Shown here: positions 63,909 through 64,000 of the stretch, in pieces
Layout: every line of letters starts with the position of its first letter
Position numbering within the stretch: the stretch's first letter is position 1
Assembly: GCA_902385655.1 (NCBI GenBank)
Contig: CABMGO010000003.1
Coordinates: 112,456 to 176,455 of the forward strand
Direction of reading: 5' to 3'
Length of the DNA: 64,000 bases
DNA from: an uncultured archaeon
GTDB lineage: Archaea > Nanobdellota > Nanobdellia > Pacearchaeales > GW2011-AR1
Made by a program: the position numbers and the translations under genes
The notes under the pieces: generated by a model
What the model was told of the DNA's origin: nothing
Database searches by the model: none
Seen by the model: only the letters and a program-made list of their open reading frames with translations

Positions 63909-64000
63909 TTACTTCTTCTTTTTCTTTTTACCGCCTCTAGCCATCTTAGCTTCACATACGTTTCCTTTTCCGTCAACATAGTAAAGGTATCCTGGCTTTC
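63909..64000 (-). CDS. Hypothetical small basic protein, 5'-partial (runs off the right window edge)
   Basis: My translation of the minus strand is ...KPGYLYYVDGKGNVCEAKMARGGKKKKKK, with stop at 63909-63911. Confidence 0.4.
   Translation of the reverse strand, partial: KPGYLYYVDGKGNVCEAKMARGGKKKKKK

Noticed and set aside
1-64000. CRISPR arrays, tRNA/rRNA genes, transposases, integrases, reverse transcriptase (DGR)
   Set aside because: I scanned all intergenic gaps longer than 100 nt and all long ORFs by eye. I found no regularly spaced direct repeats, no tRNA-like T-arm/acceptor patterns and no recombinase or RT motifs. A tRNA/ncRNA scan should still be run, since detection by eye is weak.

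Overview
AT-rich (about one-third GC by eye), very gene-dense archaeal chromosome segment. Archaeal identity rests on ribosomal proteins L7Ae-S28e-L24e, S2, L31e-L39e-S19e and L15e, plus TBP, MCM, Cbf5, aRF1, Kae1, Mre11/Rad50 and ScpB. Short genes, Lys/Glu-rich tails and pervasive ATGA start/stop overlaps fit a small DPANN-like genome. I saw no rRNA, tRNA, CRISPR array, transposase or integrase. Core genes are interleaved with accessory blocks. (1) The best candidate for a new system is a translationally coupled seven-gene operon at 31054-35058: two paralogous unknown proteins, an AAA_28-type P-loop NTPase, a Cys-rich 93-aa ORF, a CYTH triphosphate-tunnel enzyme and two paralogous compact radical-SAM enzymes. 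An HTH regulator is transcribed divergently from it. (2) A 12-gene co-directional block (14834-21777) starts with three signal-peptide proteins that look like bacterial outer-membrane beta-barrels. It also carries a DNA methyltransferase and an unannotated AbrB-like ORF. (3) A block at 22828-26780 holds a membrane Ser/Thr-kinase-like gene broken by one in-frame TAA, two papain-like proteins, an AbrB paralog and a nucleotidyltransferase. (4) A dispersed ~50-70 nt repeat family has at least eight copies, all in one orientation, with compensatory changes in its hairpin. One copy lies in frame inside kae1 and another supplies the C-terminus of a DUF814 protein. (5) mre11 and rad50 are separated by a translationally coupled aroB-like gene. 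All assignments come from motif recognition by eye; no searches were run.
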